From: Candidatus Poribacteria bacterium
Lineage (GTDB): Bacteria; Poribacteria; WGA-4E; WGA-3G
Length of the DNA stretch: 64,000 nucleotides
NCBI GenBank assembly: GCA_965197475.1
Contig: CBDANF010000003.1
Coordinates: 2,368,001-2,432,000, forward strand
Direction of reading: 5' to 3'
Both the position numbers and the translations under genes were made by a program. The notes below the pieces were generated by a model. That model was not told where the DNA came from. It did not search any database and saw nothing but the letters and a program-made list of their open reading frames with translations. This document shows, one piece after another, positions 9,921-20,616 of this stretch (position 1 is the first letter of the stretch; each line of letters begins with the position of its first letter).

Positions 9921-11120
9921 ATGGCAAAGCAAGCTTTTGAAAGGACAAAGCCACACGTTAATATTGGCACTATTGGCCACGTTGACCATGGTAAAACAAC
10001 GCTCACAGCAGCGATTACTATGGTATTATCAAAACTCGCTGACAAAGACTATGTCATGACCTATGAGGACATTGACAAAGCACCCGAGGAAAAGGAACGT
10101 GGCATTACGATTAACACGGCTCATGTTGAATACGAGACAGAAAACCGTCACTATGCTCACGTTGACTGCCCTGGGCACGCAGACTACATCAAAAATATGA
10201 TTACGGGTGCTGCGCAGATGGATGGTGCCATTCTAGTTGTTTCCGCAGCAGATGGCCCTATGCCGCAGACACGTGAACACGTACTTCTGGCAAGGCAGGT
10301 GAACGTCCCATCCTTGGTTGTCTTTCTTAATAAGGCAGACATGGTAGATGACGAAGAACTGCTGGAACTCGTTGATCTGGAAGTCCGTGAGTTATTGACA
10401 GAATATGAGTTCCCTGGGGACGATACACCCATCATCACGGGTTCCGCTCTTGAAGCCATGGAATCTGCTGGTGATCCAACAAGTGAAAAATGTAAACCGA
10501 TCCTTGATCTCATGGCATCTGTTGATGAGTTTATTCCCCAACCGGTTCGAGATACGGAAAAACCTTTCTTGATGCCGATTGAGGATATCTTTACAATTAG
10601 TGGACGTGGAACTGTTGTCACTGGTCGTGTAGAGAGAGGCATCGTTGAAGTCGGAAATACGGTAGAAATCGTTGGGCTTCGCGAAACCATGAATACGGTT
10701 GTCACCGGTGTTGAAATGTTCAAAAAATTCCTTGACGAAGGTCGAGCAGGCGACAACATCGGAGCACTGCTGCGAGGTATTGATCGAGAAGATGTCGAAC
10801 GCGGACAAGTTTTAGCGGTTCCGGGAACGGTTAAACCCCATACCAAGTTCGAAGCAGAAGTCTATATCTTGACAAAAGAAGAAGGTGGACGTTGGAATCC
10901 ATTCTTTAATGGATATCGTCCGCAATTCTATTTCCGTACAACAGACGTTACCGGTGAAATGAATCTGGCTGAAGGTGTTGAAATGATTATGCCTGGTGAC
11001 AACGCAAAGATTACCGTTGAACTGTCGAAACCGATTGCGATGGAAGAACAACTCCGATTCGCTATCCGTGAAGGTGGACACACTATCGGAGCCGGGGTTG
11101 TCTCTAATATCCTGGACTAA
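9921..11120 (+). CDS. tuf: Elongation factor Tu
   Basis: [29 protein letters not shown]. Confidence 0.99.
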   Translation: MAKQAFERTKPHVNIGTIGHVDHGKTTLTAAITMVLSKLADKDYVMTYEDIDKAPEEKERGITINTAHVEYETENRHYAHVDCPGHADYIKNMITGAAQMDGAILVVSAADGPMPQTREHVLLARQVNVPSLVVFLNKADMVDDEELLELVDLEVRELLTEYEFPGDDTPIITGSALEAMESAGDPTSEKCKPILDLMASVDEFIPQPVRDTEKPFLMPIEDIFTISGRGTVVTGRVERGIVEVGNTVEIVGLRETMNTVVTGVEMFKKFLDEGRAGDNIGALLRGIDREDVERGQVLAVPGTVKPHTKFEAEVYILTKEEGGRWNPFFNGYRPQFYFRTTDVTGEMNLAEGVEMIMPGDNAKITVELSKPIAMEEQLRFAIREGGHTIGAGVVSNILD

Positions 11121-11145
11121 CAAGGAATGCTTTTGCAGGAACTGT

Positions 11146-11266
11146 TCCTCGGTTAGTTTGGCAAACAACGTGTTTATCTATCTCGAAGAAGCGTTCTTGG
11201 CTAACAGATGGTTGATTATTCAAGAACGCTTCAACAAGAAATATATTATGAATTAGCCACAAGGAA
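11146..11266 (+). promoter_or_regulatory. Structured tuf-rpsJ leader (candidate r-protein leader)
   Basis: Perfect 12-bp stem gaagcgttcttg (11188)/caagaacgcttc (11221) inside an outer ttcct.ggttagtt/aattagcc.aaggaa pairing. Confidence 0.5.
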
Positions 11267-11299
11267 ACGTACCGTTACTTTTGAAAAAGGATACAGGAT

Positions 11300-11611
11300 A
11301 TGGACAATCAAAAAATTCGCATTCGGCTCAAAGCGTTTGATCACCGTTTGCTTGACCGGTCAGCGAAACAAATTGCGGTTACCGCAAAACAAACCCAGGC
11401 GAGAGTCTCTGGTCCGATCCCGTTGCCGACAAAGAAACACATCTATACCGTTCAGCGATCAACGTTCAAGGACAAAAAGTCACGAGAACAGTTTGAAATG
11501 CGGATTCACAAACGGTTATTAGATATTCTTGAAACTGCCCCGAAGACAGTTGACGCTTTGATGCGGCTTGACCTACCTGCTGGGGTTGATGTCAAAATCA
11601 CACTACTATAG
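11300..11611 (+). CDS. rpsJ: 30S ribosomal protein S10
   Basis: [33 protein letters not shown]. Confidence 0.99.
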   Translation: MDNQKIRIRLKAFDHRLLDRSAKQIAVTAKQTQARVSGPIPLPTKKHIYTVQRSTFKDKKSREQFEMRIHKRLLDILETAPKTVDALMRLDLPAGVDVKITLL

Positions 11612-11623
11612 AGAGGTTGAGAC

Positions 11624-12280
11624 ATGGTTAACGGAATTATTGGCAGAAAAGTTGGAATGACCCAAATATTTGAAGACACTGGAATAGTTATTCCGGTCAC
11701 TGTTATTGAAGTCGGTCCTTGTCCAATTGTTCAAGTGAAAACGCAGGAACGTGATGGGTATCAAGCAGTTCAGTTAGGGTTCGGCAAACGGAAAGAAAAC
11801 AAGTTTAACAGTCCAAAACGAGGACATTTTGCCAAAGCAGAGGTGTCCCCTACACAAGTACTCCGGGAATTTCGGGTAGATAGTCTTGATGACGTGTCTG
11901 TCGGCGATACAGTTGATGCAAGTTTATTTTCAGAAGGCGAACTCGTGGATGTAACCGGCACTTCCAAAGGACACGGGTTCACCGGTGTTGTGAAACGTTG
12001 GGGATTTGCTGGCGGTAGAAAAAGTCATGGCGGTGAACAAGACCTGCGTCGTGCGGGTTCTATTGGCGCAAGTGCTACACCATCTCGTGTTTTTAAGGGA
12101 AAGAAGATGCCTGGACGTTACGGTGCCAAACGACACACTGTCCAAAATTTACGAGTTATCCAAGCCGACGCTGAGCGAAATTTGTTAGTTGTTAAAGGAG
12201 CGATTCCAGGACCGCCAAACGGACTCCTGCTAATTAGGAAAGCTATCAAGGCTTCTGGAACGGACAATACTGAAGACTAA
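11624..12280 (+). CDS. rplC: 50S ribosomal protein L3
   Basis: GRKVGMTQ..DGYQAVQLG..SKGHGF..GSIG..KGAIPG. Confidence 0.99.
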   Translation: MVNGIIGRKVGMTQIFEDTGIVIPVTVIEVGPCPIVQVKTQERDGYQAVQLGFGKRKENKFNSPKRGHFAKAEVSPTQVLREFRVDSLDDVSVGDTVDASLFSEGELVDVTGTSKGHGFTGVVKRWGFAGGRKSHGGEQDLRRAGSIGASATPSRVFKGKKMPGRYGAKRHTVQNLRVIQADAERNLLVVKGAIPGPPNGLLLIRKAIKASGTDNTED

Positions 12281-12375
12281 CTTGGTGGATAATCATTTCC
12301 TTCAACCCCAGCGACTTTGAGAGAAGAGCAGGGTAATTCATGCCAAGTTCAGTAAATCGGAGAAATATAAAAGAT

Positions 12376-13011
12376 ATGGCAACTTTAAACGTACACAATC
12401 GTTCAGGAGAAGTGCTTCACGAGAAAAACCTTGCTGACTCGTTTACACATGCTGAGGTAAATACTGCTGTTGTTCACCAATGTGTGGTAGCTTATCTTGC
12501 TAACCAGAGACGCGGCACAGCTTCAACGAAAAGTCGTAGTGAAGTCAGAGGAAGTGGTAGGAAATTGCACCGCCAAAAAGGAACAGGTAGAGCGCGTGTA
12601 GGTGATGCAAGGTCACCGATTCGCGTACATGGCGGTGTCGCATTTGGCCCGAAACCCCGCAGTTATCGTCAGTACACCCCTAAGCAGGTACGCCGCCTCG
12701 GTTTAAAAAGTGCTCTCGCTGATCGGTTTCAGAATGATCAGTGTGTGCTGATTGAAGATTTTACACTTGAACGTCCGCATACAAAAGAGATTGTCTTACT
12801 CTTAAACGCATTGAACTTGGAAGGAAAAGTGTTGTTCGTTCTTGATGAACACAATCCGAATATCTATCTCTCCCTACGAAATATCCCAAAGGTCAACAGC
12901 TGCACCTGGGATATGCTCAATATATACCAAGTCCTGTGGCATGACAAACTTGTCATCACTGAACGCGCTGCAGAAAAATTGGAAACTAAATTTATAGGTT
13001 CAGAAGGTTAA
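12376..13011 (+). CDS. rplD: 50S ribosomal protein L4
   Basis: RRGTASTK..RQKGTGRAR..GGVAFGPKPR. Start moved to ATG12376. Confidence 0.98.
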   Translation: MATLNVHNRSGEVLHEKNLADSFTHAEVNTAVVHQCVVAYLANQRRGTASTKSRSEVRGSGRKLHRQKGTGRARVGDARSPIRVHGGVAFGPKPRSYRQYTPKQVRRLGLKSALADRFQNDQCVLIEDFTLERPHTKEIVLLLNALNLEGKVLFVLDEHNPNIYLSLRNIPKVNSCTWDMLNIYQVLWHDKLVITERAAEKLETKFIGSEG

Positions 13012-13014
13012 CTT

Positions 13015-13314
13015 ATGAAAGATAAATACCAAATTATTTTGAGACCTCATATCACAGAAAAAAGCACGATGCTCCGAGAGGATAATAAATACTCGTTCGT
13101 TGTGAGTCAAAACGCAACGAAAAAGGATATTCGCCGTGCTGCCGAGGAGATGTTTGACATTCAGGGAAGTATCATTAACGTTCATACGATGCGAGTCCGA
13201 GGCAAAATCAAAGGGAAAATGAATCGCTACCAACGTGGTCGTCGTTCCCATTGGAAAAAAGCTGTTATCACTGTAGAAGAAGGGACTCGGATCCCTGTTT
13301 TTGAGAGTATTTAA
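13015..13314 (+). CDS. rplW: 50S ribosomal protein L23
   Basis: PHITEKS..WKKAVIT; position in the S10 operon. Confidence 0.98.
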   Translation: MKDKYQIILRPHITEKSTMLREDNKYSFVVSQNATKKDIRRAAEEMFDIQGSIINVHTMRVRGKIKGKMNRYQRGRRSHWKKAVITVEEGTRIPVFESI

Positions 13315-13401
13315 ATTTGATAATCTGTTTTCGTTCATGTTCTGTGCCGCGTGCTTATCACCGAGCCGCATGAAAGAATGTTTCTACGAGAGGAATTGAG
13401 A

Positions 13402-14217
13402 GTGGCTAAAACATATAAACCTGTCACACCGAGTCGTCGGTTCATGACCGGATATACCTTTGAAGAGATTACACGTCAGAAACCTGAGAAATCACTTATC
13501 AAAGGCACCAAGAAAAATGCGGGACGTAACAGCAAAGGTCGTATAACAGTGCGCCGGCGAGGTGGTGGACACAAACGCCGATATCGCGTTATTGATTTCA
13601 AGCGAGATAAATTTGGTGTTCCAGCGAAGGTTGCTGCAATTGAGTATGACCCAAACCGTTCTGCACATATCGCTTTGCTACGCTATGCAGATGGTGAAAA
13701 GCGTTATATCATCGCACCTCTCGGGCTTCGGGTTGGTGATAGTGTTACATCCGGACCAAACGCAGAAATACAGGTCGGAAATGCCTTACCCCTTGAAAAT
13801 ATTCCGTTGGGGTCTTCAATACATAATATAGAGATGCAACCGGGTAAAGGTGGGCAACTCGTTCGGAGTGCTGGCGGAGCGGCACAGTTGGTTGACCGTG
13901 AAGGTAAATATGCACGTATCCGTCTGCCTTCAGGCGAAATTCGACTTGTTCTAGTAAAGGCAATGGCAACTATAGGACAGGTCGGAAATGCTACCACTAT
14001 CGTCATCGGTAAGGCTGGGCGTTCAAGATGGTTAGGAAAACGTCCAAAAGTTCGAGGTGTAGCAATGAATCCCGTTGACCATCCGCATGGCGGTGGGGAA
14101 GGTAAAAGTTCTGGTGGAAGACATCCAGTTACACCTTGGGGTGTGCCGACGAAAGGGTATAAGACGCGAAATCCCAAAAAGAAATCCAGTCAGTATATTA
14201 TGGGGAAGCGTAAATAG
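13402..14217 (+). CDS. rplB: 50S ribosomal protein L2
   Basis: [29 protein letters not shown] start at 13402. Confidence 0.99.
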   Translation: MAKTYKPVTPSRRFMTGYTFEEITRQKPEKSLIKGTKKNAGRNSKGRITVRRRGGGHKRRYRVIDFKRDKFGVPAKVAAIEYDPNRSAHIALLRYADGEKRYIIAPLGLRVGDSVTSGPNAEIQVGNALPLENIPLGSSIHNIEMQPGKGGQLVRSAGGAAQLVDREGKYARIRLPSGEIRLVLVKAMATIGQVGNATTIVIGKAGRSRWLGKRPKVRGVAMNPVDHPHGGGEGKSSGGRHPVTPWGVPTKGYKTRNPKKKSSQYIMGKRK

Positions 14218-14269
14218 GGTTTTCACAACTTATCTTTTCAAACACAGTCGCAGCTAAAAGGAGAATCCA

Positions 14270-14539
14270 ATGTCGCGTTCTATAAAAAAAGGACCTTACG
14301 TTGACGCAAAACTTGCGAAACATATAGCAGAAATGGAACAATCGGGTAGTAAACGTGTCATTCGAACGTGGGCTCGAAGTTCTACGATTACACCGGAATT
14401 TGTTGGACATACCGTCGCAATTCACAATGGGAAGAAGTTTTTTCCGGTTTATATCACTGAAAATATGGTTGGTCATAAACTCGGTGAATTCGCGCCGACT
14501 CGGACTTTCCGTTCTCACGCTGGCGGTGCAAGAAGATAA
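14270..14539 (+). CDS. rpsS: 30S ribosomal protein S19
   Basis: [22 protein letters not shown]. Confidence 0.99.
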   Translation: MSRSIKKGPYVDAKLAKHIAEMEQSGSKRVIRTWARSSTITPEFVGHTVAIHNGKKFFPVYITENMVGHKLGEFAPTRTFRSHAGGARR

Positions 14540-14676
14540 TTTTATATATTGTGGTTAATATCAGAATTAAGTGCTTCTTTCATTTGGGCACTTGTTGTTC
14601 TGAAAAGTTGTTAAGAGTAATATAAAGCAAGACATAGCACATTGGCTTGTGCCAAAAGTTTTGTTAGGAGAAACTG

Positions 14677-15027
14677 ATGGAAGGAAGGGCAAAGATTCGG
14701 AACGTTTCGGTAGCACCGCGGAAAGCCCGCCTTGTTGCCGACTTGGTTAGGAATCAATATGTTGACGATGCGCTGAATCAACTGCTCTTTACACATAAAG
14801 CGGCAGCCCCTGTGATTTACAAGCTGATCCAATCCGCCGCATCGAATGTCCAATACCAAGAACCTGCTGTGGATACCGCTAATTTGTACGTCAAAGAGAT
14901 TCGTGTTGATGAAGGAATTACACGAAAATGGATACGTCCCCGCGCACGGGGTATGGCAAATCGTATTTTAAAACGCCAAAGTCATATCACTGTTGTTGTA
15001 GATGAGGAGAACAAAGATGATGGTTAG
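14677..15027 (+). CDS. rplV: 50S ribosomal protein L22
   Basis: PRKARLVADL..RPRARG..SHITV. Confidence 0.98.
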   Translation: MEGRAKIRNVSVAPRKARLVADLVRNQYVDDALNQLLFTHKAAAPVIYKLIQSAASNVQYQEPAVDTANLYVKEIRVDEGITRKWIRPRARGMANRILKRQSHITVVVDEENKDDG

Positions 15028-15090
15028 TAATCAATGCCATCCCATGCCCTCCGAAACAACAAATCGGGTAGTGTCCAACAGGAGGTTTGT

Positions 15091-15915
15091 GTGGGACAAA
15101 AAACTCACCCGCGTGGGTTACGCTTAGGAATAATTGAGACGTGGGATTCAAAGTGGTATAGCGACCGAGATTATGCAAAATGGTTGCACGAAGATTTTCA
15201 GATTCAGCGATACATCAAGGAGAAGTTACTACGCGCTGGAATCTCAAAAATTGAAGTTGAACGCGTTGCTGAAAAATGCAGTATTAATATACATACCGCT
15301 CGCCCTGGAATCGTGATCGGGCGTAGAGGCGTAGAAACAGAGAAATTACAGGCGGAACTTGAAAAACTTATTGGTCGACCTGTCAAAATTGAGGTCTTTG
15401 AGATAAAAGTTCCCGAACTTGATGCCCAACTCCTCGCTGAAGCTGTGGCAACCCAAATTGAACGCCGTACCAGTTTTAAGCAAGCGATGCGTAAGAATAT
15501 CGCTGTCTCAATGCAAGCTGGCGCACAAGGTGTTAAAGTTATGGTCAGTGGTAGACTTGATGGAAAAGAGATCGCACGATCAGAATCCAGTCTGGAAGGA
15601 AGGGTCCCCTTACACACCCTCAGAGCAAACATTGATTACGGGTTTACTGAAGCAAATACAACTTACGGGAAAATCGGTGTCAAAACTTGGATTTTCAAAG
15701 GTGAAATCCTCGGTGTACCTGAAGCATTGAGTGGGGAAACAGTAAATCGCCGCCAACAGGGCGGGAGGCGCAGCAATACAAGTGATTCGCGTGCCGACAA
15801 CCGACAAGGTGGCAATCGACAAAGTGGCAATCGTTCACCGTCACGCAGGCAGCGAGACCAAGGACGTAATAGGCGCAGACAACAAAGAGATAACGATGGG
15901 CAGAATCGAAACTAA
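15091..15915 (+). CDS. rpsC: 30S ribosomal protein S3 with R/N/Q/G-rich C-tail
   Basis: GQKTHP..ARPGIVIG..GRVPLHTLRA. GTG start at 15091 after ggagg. Confidence 0.99.
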   Translation: MGQKTHPRGLRLGIIETWDSKWYSDRDYAKWLHEDFQIQRYIKEKLLRAGISKIEVERVAEKCSINIHTARPGIVIGRRGVETEKLQAELEKLIGRPVKIEVFEIKVPELDAQLLAEAVATQIERRTSFKQAMRKNIAVSMQAGAQGVKVMVSGRLDGKEIARSESSLEGRVPLHTLRANIDYGFTEANTTYGKIGVKTWIFKGEILGVPEALSGETVNRRQQGGRRSNTSDSRADNRQGGNRQSGNRSPSRRQRDQGRNRRRQQRDNDGQNRN

Positions 15916-15969
15916 CGCAATTCGAAACTTTTGTTCGTGCTTTTACAACTGATTTAAGGAGTGATTCAA

Positions 15970-16383
15970 ATGTTGATGCCGAAACGTGTTATGCACCGAA
16001 AGGTACATCGAGGCAAACGTAGAGGAAAACCGCGTAGAGGTTCACAGATTAGCTTCGGCGAATATGGGTTACAAGCAATGGAAGCCGGTTGGATAACAAG
16101 CAACCAAATTGAATCTGGAAGGGTAGCAATCACTCGAGCTGTCCGACGTGGCGGAAAAATGTGGATCAAGATCTTCCCACATAAACCGATCACCAAAAAA
16201 CCCGCTGAAACTCGGATGGGAGGTGGAAAGGGATCCCCGGAATTTTGGGTCGCTGTTGTTAAACCTGGACGCATCATATACGAGTTAAGTGGCGTATCCC
16301 GTGAAGTCGCCAAAGGCGCAATGGAACGTGCCTCACACAAATTTCCCATTAAGACGAAATTCGTTGTGCGGGATGAGGTATAG
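15970..16383 (+). CDS. rplP: 50S ribosomal protein L16
   Basis: [17 protein letters not shown]. Confidence 0.99.
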   Translation: MLMPKRVMHRKVHRGKRRGKPRRGSQISFGEYGLQAMEAGWITSNQIESGRVAITRAVRRGGKMWIKIFPHKPITKKPAETRMGGGKGSPEFWVAVVKPGRIIYELSGVSREVAKGAMERASHKFPIKTKFVVRDEV

Positions 16384-16385
16384 TT

Positions 16386-16586
16386 ATGAAAGCTCACGAG
16401 TTACGAACCAGATCTACTGAAGAATTGGCAAATGAACTAGAATCTCTTAAAGAGAATCTTTTTAACCAAAGAGCCAGAAGTATTCTGGGGCAATTGGAAG
16501 ACACAACTCTTCCCGGAAAAATTCGAAAGGACATCGCACGGGTGAAAACCGTTCTACGTGCTCGAGAATTGGAAACCCAGGATTAG
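16386..16586 (+). CDS. rpmC: 50S ribosomal protein L29
   Basis: MKAHELR..IRKDIARVKT. Confidence 0.97.
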   Translation: MKAHELRTRSTEELANELESLKENLFNQRARSILGQLEDTTLPGKIRKDIARVKTVLRARELETQD

Positions 16587-16721
16587 AAGGCTGAGAGAAG
16601 ACTATACAGCGCGATTCGCATTACTTCAACGCTTACAAAACACATCTTCACATAAACAGTAAAGCGTTTAGTATACACATAGTCTTATACCAACATGTCC
16701 CTCAAAAAGGATAAATTGAAC

Positions 16722-16991
16722 GTGGAAAAACGAAGACACCGAAAAATCCGAACAGGCACGGTCGTCAGCAATCGCATGGAAAAAACTGTGTCCGTGGCAA
16801 TTGTACGGAGTTTTCAACACCCTCTTTACAAAAAAGTTGTGCGTACTACGAAAAAGATTCTTGCGCATGACGAACAGAGTAATTGTAACGTTGGGGATGT
16901 TGTACAGGTGATCGAAAGCCGCCCGATTAGTCGTCATAAACGTTGGCGGGTGCAATCTATAATATCAGCGGCACAGTCTGCCACTGATTAA
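16722..16991 (+). CDS. rpsQ: 30S ribosomal protein S17
   Basis: [32 protein letters not shown]. Exact start uncertain (16695-16722). Confidence 0.97.
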   Translation: MEKRRHRKIRTGTVVSNRMEKTVSVAIVRSFQHPLYKKVVRTTKKILAHDEQSNCNVGDVVQVIESRPISRHKRWRVQSIISAAQSATD

Positions 16992-17011
16992 TTGGGAAGG
17001 AAGGTACGGCA

Positions 17012-17383
17012 ATGGTTCAATCTTATACTCGATTAACCTGTGCTGATAATTCAGGCGCCAAAAATCTAATGTGTATTAGCGTACTTGGAGGAACCCGGAG
17101 ACGCTATGCAAGGGTTGGTGATATAATTGTGGCGAGCATCAAAGAGGCAACACCGAATACACAGGTCAAAGCAGGTGCAGTTGTTCGTGCCGTTGTTGTT
17201 CGGACTGCTAAAGAATATCGCCGTCCTGATGGTTCTTATATTAAGTTTGATCAGAATGCAGCAGTTCTCCTTAAACCCGACGATAACGATCCAATGGGAA
17301 CACGCATTTTTGGACCGGTCGGTCGTGAACTCCGAGAAAAAGAGTTCGCGAAAATTGTTTCACTTGCTCCTGAGGTGATTTAA
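17012..17383 (+). CDS. rplN: 50S ribosomal protein L14
   Basis: [24 protein letters not shown]. Confidence 0.99.
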   Translation: MVQSYTRLTCADNSGAKNLMCISVLGGTRRRYARVGDIIVASIKEATPNTQVKAGAVVRAVVVRTAKEYRRPDGSYIKFDQNAAVLLKPDDNDPMGTRIFGPVGRELREKEFAKIVSLAPEVI

Positions 17384-17393
17384 GAGGTGAATT

Positions 17394-17627
17394 ATGTCTA
17401 AGAAAAAGCTGCATATCAAAAAAGATGACTTAGTGTTGGTCTTGAGTGGTCAAGACCGCGGTAAACAAGGCATCGTGTTAGAAGTGATTCCAAAGAAAAA
17501 TAGAGCTGTGGTTGAAGGTATTCATTTCGTGAAACGGCACCTCCGCCCCAATCAAATGGGGCAAGGTGGCATTGTTGAACGCGAAGGCACCATTCACATC
17601 TCTAACTTGAAAAAAGTTGAAAGATAG
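17394..17627 (+). CDS. rplX: 50S ribosomal protein L24 (short form, 77 aa)
   Basis: IKKDD.V.V.SG.DRGK.G KOW motif..IHISN. Confidence 0.97.
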   Translation: MSKKKLHIKKDDLVLVLSGQDRGKQGIVLEVIPKKNRAVVEGIHFVKRHLRPNQMGQGGIVEREGTIHISNLKKVER

Positions 17628-17725
17628 ATTTTATTACTTATTGGAAATATCAGATTTTTCAACTCCGTTTACGGATTTTGTGAAAAATTAACAATATAAC
17701 CAGCATGTTATAGGATACAAGGCTG

Positions 17726-18289
17726 ATGAGTCAATTTAAAGCATTTTATCAAACAGAAGTTGTTCCTGCATTACAGAAAGAGTTTAATTACAAAAATGTA
17801 ATGCAGATTCCAAAATTGGAAAAAGTTGCGCTAAATATCGGGGTAGGTGAAGCGTTGCAAAACCCGAAGGCACTTGAAGATGCTGTTGAAGAGTTGACAC
17901 GTATTACAGGTCAACGCGCGATCATTACTCGTGCAAGAAAATCCATCTCCGCCTTCAAAATTAGAGGCCCGTCTAAGAAAGCACGTACGCCCGGTTCGGC
18001 AATTGGATGCAAAGTTACACTCCGCCAAAATCGGATGTACGAATTTCTCAACCGCTTAATTAACGTTGTTCTACCTCAAATTCGAGATTTCCGAGGTGTT
18101 TCACCCGACGCTTTTGACGGTCGTGGGAACTACTCGTTAGGTTTAACCGAGCAACTCATCTTTCCAGAAATCGATTATGACGACGTGAACGATATCCGTG
18201 GTATGAATGTGACGGTAGTGACATCTGCTAAAACCGATGAAGAAGCACGGGCGTTGTTACGTGAACTCGGCTTGCCTTTTCGCAAGTAA
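17726..18289 (+). CDS. rplE: 50S ribosomal protein L5
   Basis: IPKLEK..KVTLR..FDGRGNY..FPEI. Confidence 0.99.
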   Translation: MSQFKAFYQTEVVPALQKEFNYKNVMQIPKLEKVALNIGVGEALQNPKALEDAVEELTRITGQRAIITRARKSISAFKIRGPSKKARTPGSAIGCKVTLRQNRMYEFLNRLINVVLPQIRDFRGVSPDAFDGRGNYSLGLTEQLIFPEIDYDDVNDIRGMNVTVVTSAKTDEEARALLRELGLPFRK

Positions 18290-18345
18290 CACGTTATATT
18301 TTTTGCAGTTAGCACGAGTAATTAACCATCAAAGGAGTACTTAAG

Positions 18346-18531
18346 TTGGCAAGTAAATCATGGATTGCCAGAAATAAAAAGACCCCTCGGTTCCGGACGC
18401 GGAAATATAACCGTTGCAAGACTTGTGGGCGTGCGCGAGGGTACCTGCGTAAGTTTGAATTATGTCGTATTTGCTTTCGCCTCTTTGCGCGAGCAGGGAA
18501 AATCCCTGGTGTCAGAAAGGCGAGTTGGTAA
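18346..18531 (+). CDS. rpsN: 30S ribosomal protein S14 (zinc-binding type Z)
   Basis: 61 aa, [22 protein letters not shown] start. Confidence 0.98.
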   Translation: MASKSWIARNKKTPRFRTRKYNRCKTCGRARGYLRKFELCRICFRLFARAGKIPGVRKASW

Positions 18532-18544
18532 GAAGGAGGTTTTC

Positions 18545-18946
18545 ATGTCAATGACTGACCCGATCGCAGATATGTTAACGCGAATCCGTAACGCTAATAT
18601 GGCTGGACATGAGCGCGTTGAGATGTCTGCGTCCAAGGTTAAATTGGAGATTGCCCGTATCCTTTCTGAAGAAGGGTTTGTCCGAAACTACCGTTTAATT
18701 GAGGACGAAAAACAGGGAATTGTACGTATATATCTGAAATACGGCGCAAATAACAAAGAAAAAGCTATTACTAATCTCAAGCGAATCAGCAAACCTGGAA
18801 GACGCGTTTACGCAAAGTCAGACAAGTTACCGCGGGTTTTAGGTAACCTCGGGATTGCTATTCTGTCGACATCGCATGGGGTCAAAACCTCAATTGAGTG
18901 CCGACGCGCAAAAATTGGCGGTGAAGTTCTCTGTTATATCTGGTAA
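18545..18946 (+). CDS. rpsH: 30S ribosomal protein S8
   Basis: [28 protein letters not shown]. Start ATG18545. Confidence 0.99.
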   Translation: MSMTDPIADMLTRIRNANMAGHERVEMSASKVKLEIARILSEEGFVRNYRLIEDEKQGIVRIYLKYGANNKEKAITNLKRISKPGRRVYAKSDKLPRVLGNLGIAILSTSHGVKTSIECRRAKIGGEVLCYIW

Positions 18947-19005
18947 TCAAGTACTGAGGACTGCACAGCATACCCGCAAGTTCAAATGTAGATTGGAGAA
19001 ATAGA

Positions 19006-19572
19006 ATGTCACGCATTGGACAAATTCCAATTCCAATTCCGAGTTCGGTGAAAGTTGCTTTCAACGACAGTGAGGTACAGGTAGAGGGTCCCAAAGGCAA
19101 ATTGAATTGGATGATCCCACAAGGAATTGATGCAAGTATTGAAGAAGACGTTATCACAGTTACACGCGCGAGCGATAAGAAACAACAAAAAGCACTACAC
19201 GGTTTAGCACGCAGCCTCATCGCCAATATGGTGGTAGGTGTTTCGGAAGGCTTTGAGAAAACATTACGCGTCGTTGGAATAGGATACCGAGCTGAAGTTA
19301 ATCGCCAGAATGTTTTGACCCTTGATGTTGGATATTCACATTCTGTAACCTTCACGCCTCCTGAAGGAATCACACTGGCTGTTGATTCTCCGGAGAATAT
19401 AGATGGACAGACGCACACTCCTATTGTAGTGAGTGGGATTGATAAGCAAGTCGTGGGACAAGTCGCTGCCTCTATCCGTCAAATTAAAAAACCTGACACC
19501 TATAAACCTTGTAAAGGTATCCGGTACGATGGTGAGCGTGTCCGCGACAAAGAAGGAAAGGTTGCTGGCTAA
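19006..19572 (+). CDS. rplF: 50S ribosomal protein L6
   Basis: MSRIG..GPKG..GIGYRA..GYSH..KGIRY. Confidence 0.99.
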   Translation: MSRIGQIPIPIPSSVKVAFNDSEVQVEGPKGKLNWMIPQGIDASIEEDVITVTRASDKKQQKALHGLARSLIANMVVGVSEGFEKTLRVVGIGYRAEVNRQNVLTLDVGYSHSVTFTPPEGITLAVDSPENIDGQTHTPIVVSGIDKQVVGQVAASIRQIKKPDTYKPCKGIRYDGERVRDKEGKVAG

Positions 19573-19646
19573 TTAATTACCGAGAGGTACTATAGGCAGC
19601 TCGTTACCAGTATTGTTGTAGTATTTTAGATGCGGGAGGACATCCG

Positions 19647-20015
19647 TTGGAAAAGGCGAAAAGAAAACAGATGAACCATCTTCGACGAAAGAAAAGAATT
19701 CGTCGAAAGATCAGCGGCACTAATGAACGCCCGAGGCTCTCTGTGAGTAGAAGTTTGAAACATATCTATGCCCAAATCATTGATGATGAGAACGGGAAGA
19801 CGCTTGCCCATGCCTCCAGTTTATCCCCTGAAGTAAAGGGAAATGCTGCTGAAGGTGGGAAGATACAAGTCGCTCAAAGCGTCGGTCAACTCATCGCGCA
19901 AAAGGCAAAGGAACATCAGATTGAGGGAGTCATCTTCGACCGAGGCGGTTATCTCTATCATGGTCGAATTAAAGCTCTCGCTGAAGCTGCAAGGGAAGGG
20001 GGGCTTAAGTTTTAA
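19647..20015 (+). CDS. rplR: 50S ribosomal protein L18
   Basis: [24 protein letters not shown]. Confidence 0.99.
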   Translation: MEKAKRKQMNHLRRKKRIRRKISGTNERPRLSVSRSLKHIYAQIIDDENGKTLAHASSLSPEVKGNAAEGGKIQVAQSVGQLIAQKAKEHQIEGVIFDRGGYLYHGRIKALAEAAREGGLKF

Positions 20016-20050
20016 CTGCCCCGCGTTTTATCCCTTGAGAGGAGACTTTT

Positions 20051-20581
20051 TTGCGAAAAGAAAAAATCAATCCTGAAGATTTTGAATTTGAAGAACGACC
20101 TATTGCTATAAATCGAGTCATGCGTGTTGGAAAAGGGAGAAGGACCCCGAGTTTTAATACCCTCTCCGTTGTCGGCAATCGAAACGGCATCGTTGGAATC
20201 GGTTTTGGGAGCGCAAGCGAAATTTCTGGCGCACTCCGCAAAAGTTTTGCTGACGCACGGAAAAATTTAATTCGCGTTCCTCTATCTGATGGTACACTTC
20301 CTCATGAAATCATCTGTGAATTCAAAGCTGCAAAAGTCCTGCTAAAACCTGCAAGACCCGGTACTGGTATCATTGCTGGTCATGCAACGCGGGCTATTTT
20401 GGAACACGCAGGTGTACGGGACGCACTCACAAAATGCCTGTCTTCAAGAAATGTCAAGAATATCGCTGAGGCTACGATGATCGGTTTGAGAAATCTCAAA
20501 GATGTTAATGATGTCGCACGAATTCGAGGCAAAACAGTTGAAGAACTTTTACATAAACGTACTAACAATTCTAAAAACTGA
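20051..20581 (+). CDS. rpsE: 30S ribosomal protein S5 (divergent)
   Basis: INRV..VVG..PHE..PA.PGTGIIAG..AG. Confidence 0.97.
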   Translation: MRKEKINPEDFEFEERPIAINRVMRVGKGRRTPSFNTLSVVGNRNGIVGIGFGSASEISGALRKSFADARKNLIRVPLSDGTLPHEIICEFKAAKVLLKPARPGTGIIAGHATRAILEHAGVRDALTKCLSSRNVKNIAEATMIGLRNLKDVNDVARIRGKTVEELLHKRTNNSKN

Positions 20582-20616
20582 GCCTGCTCAGTCATATCTA
20601 AGGAATAATAGATTCA

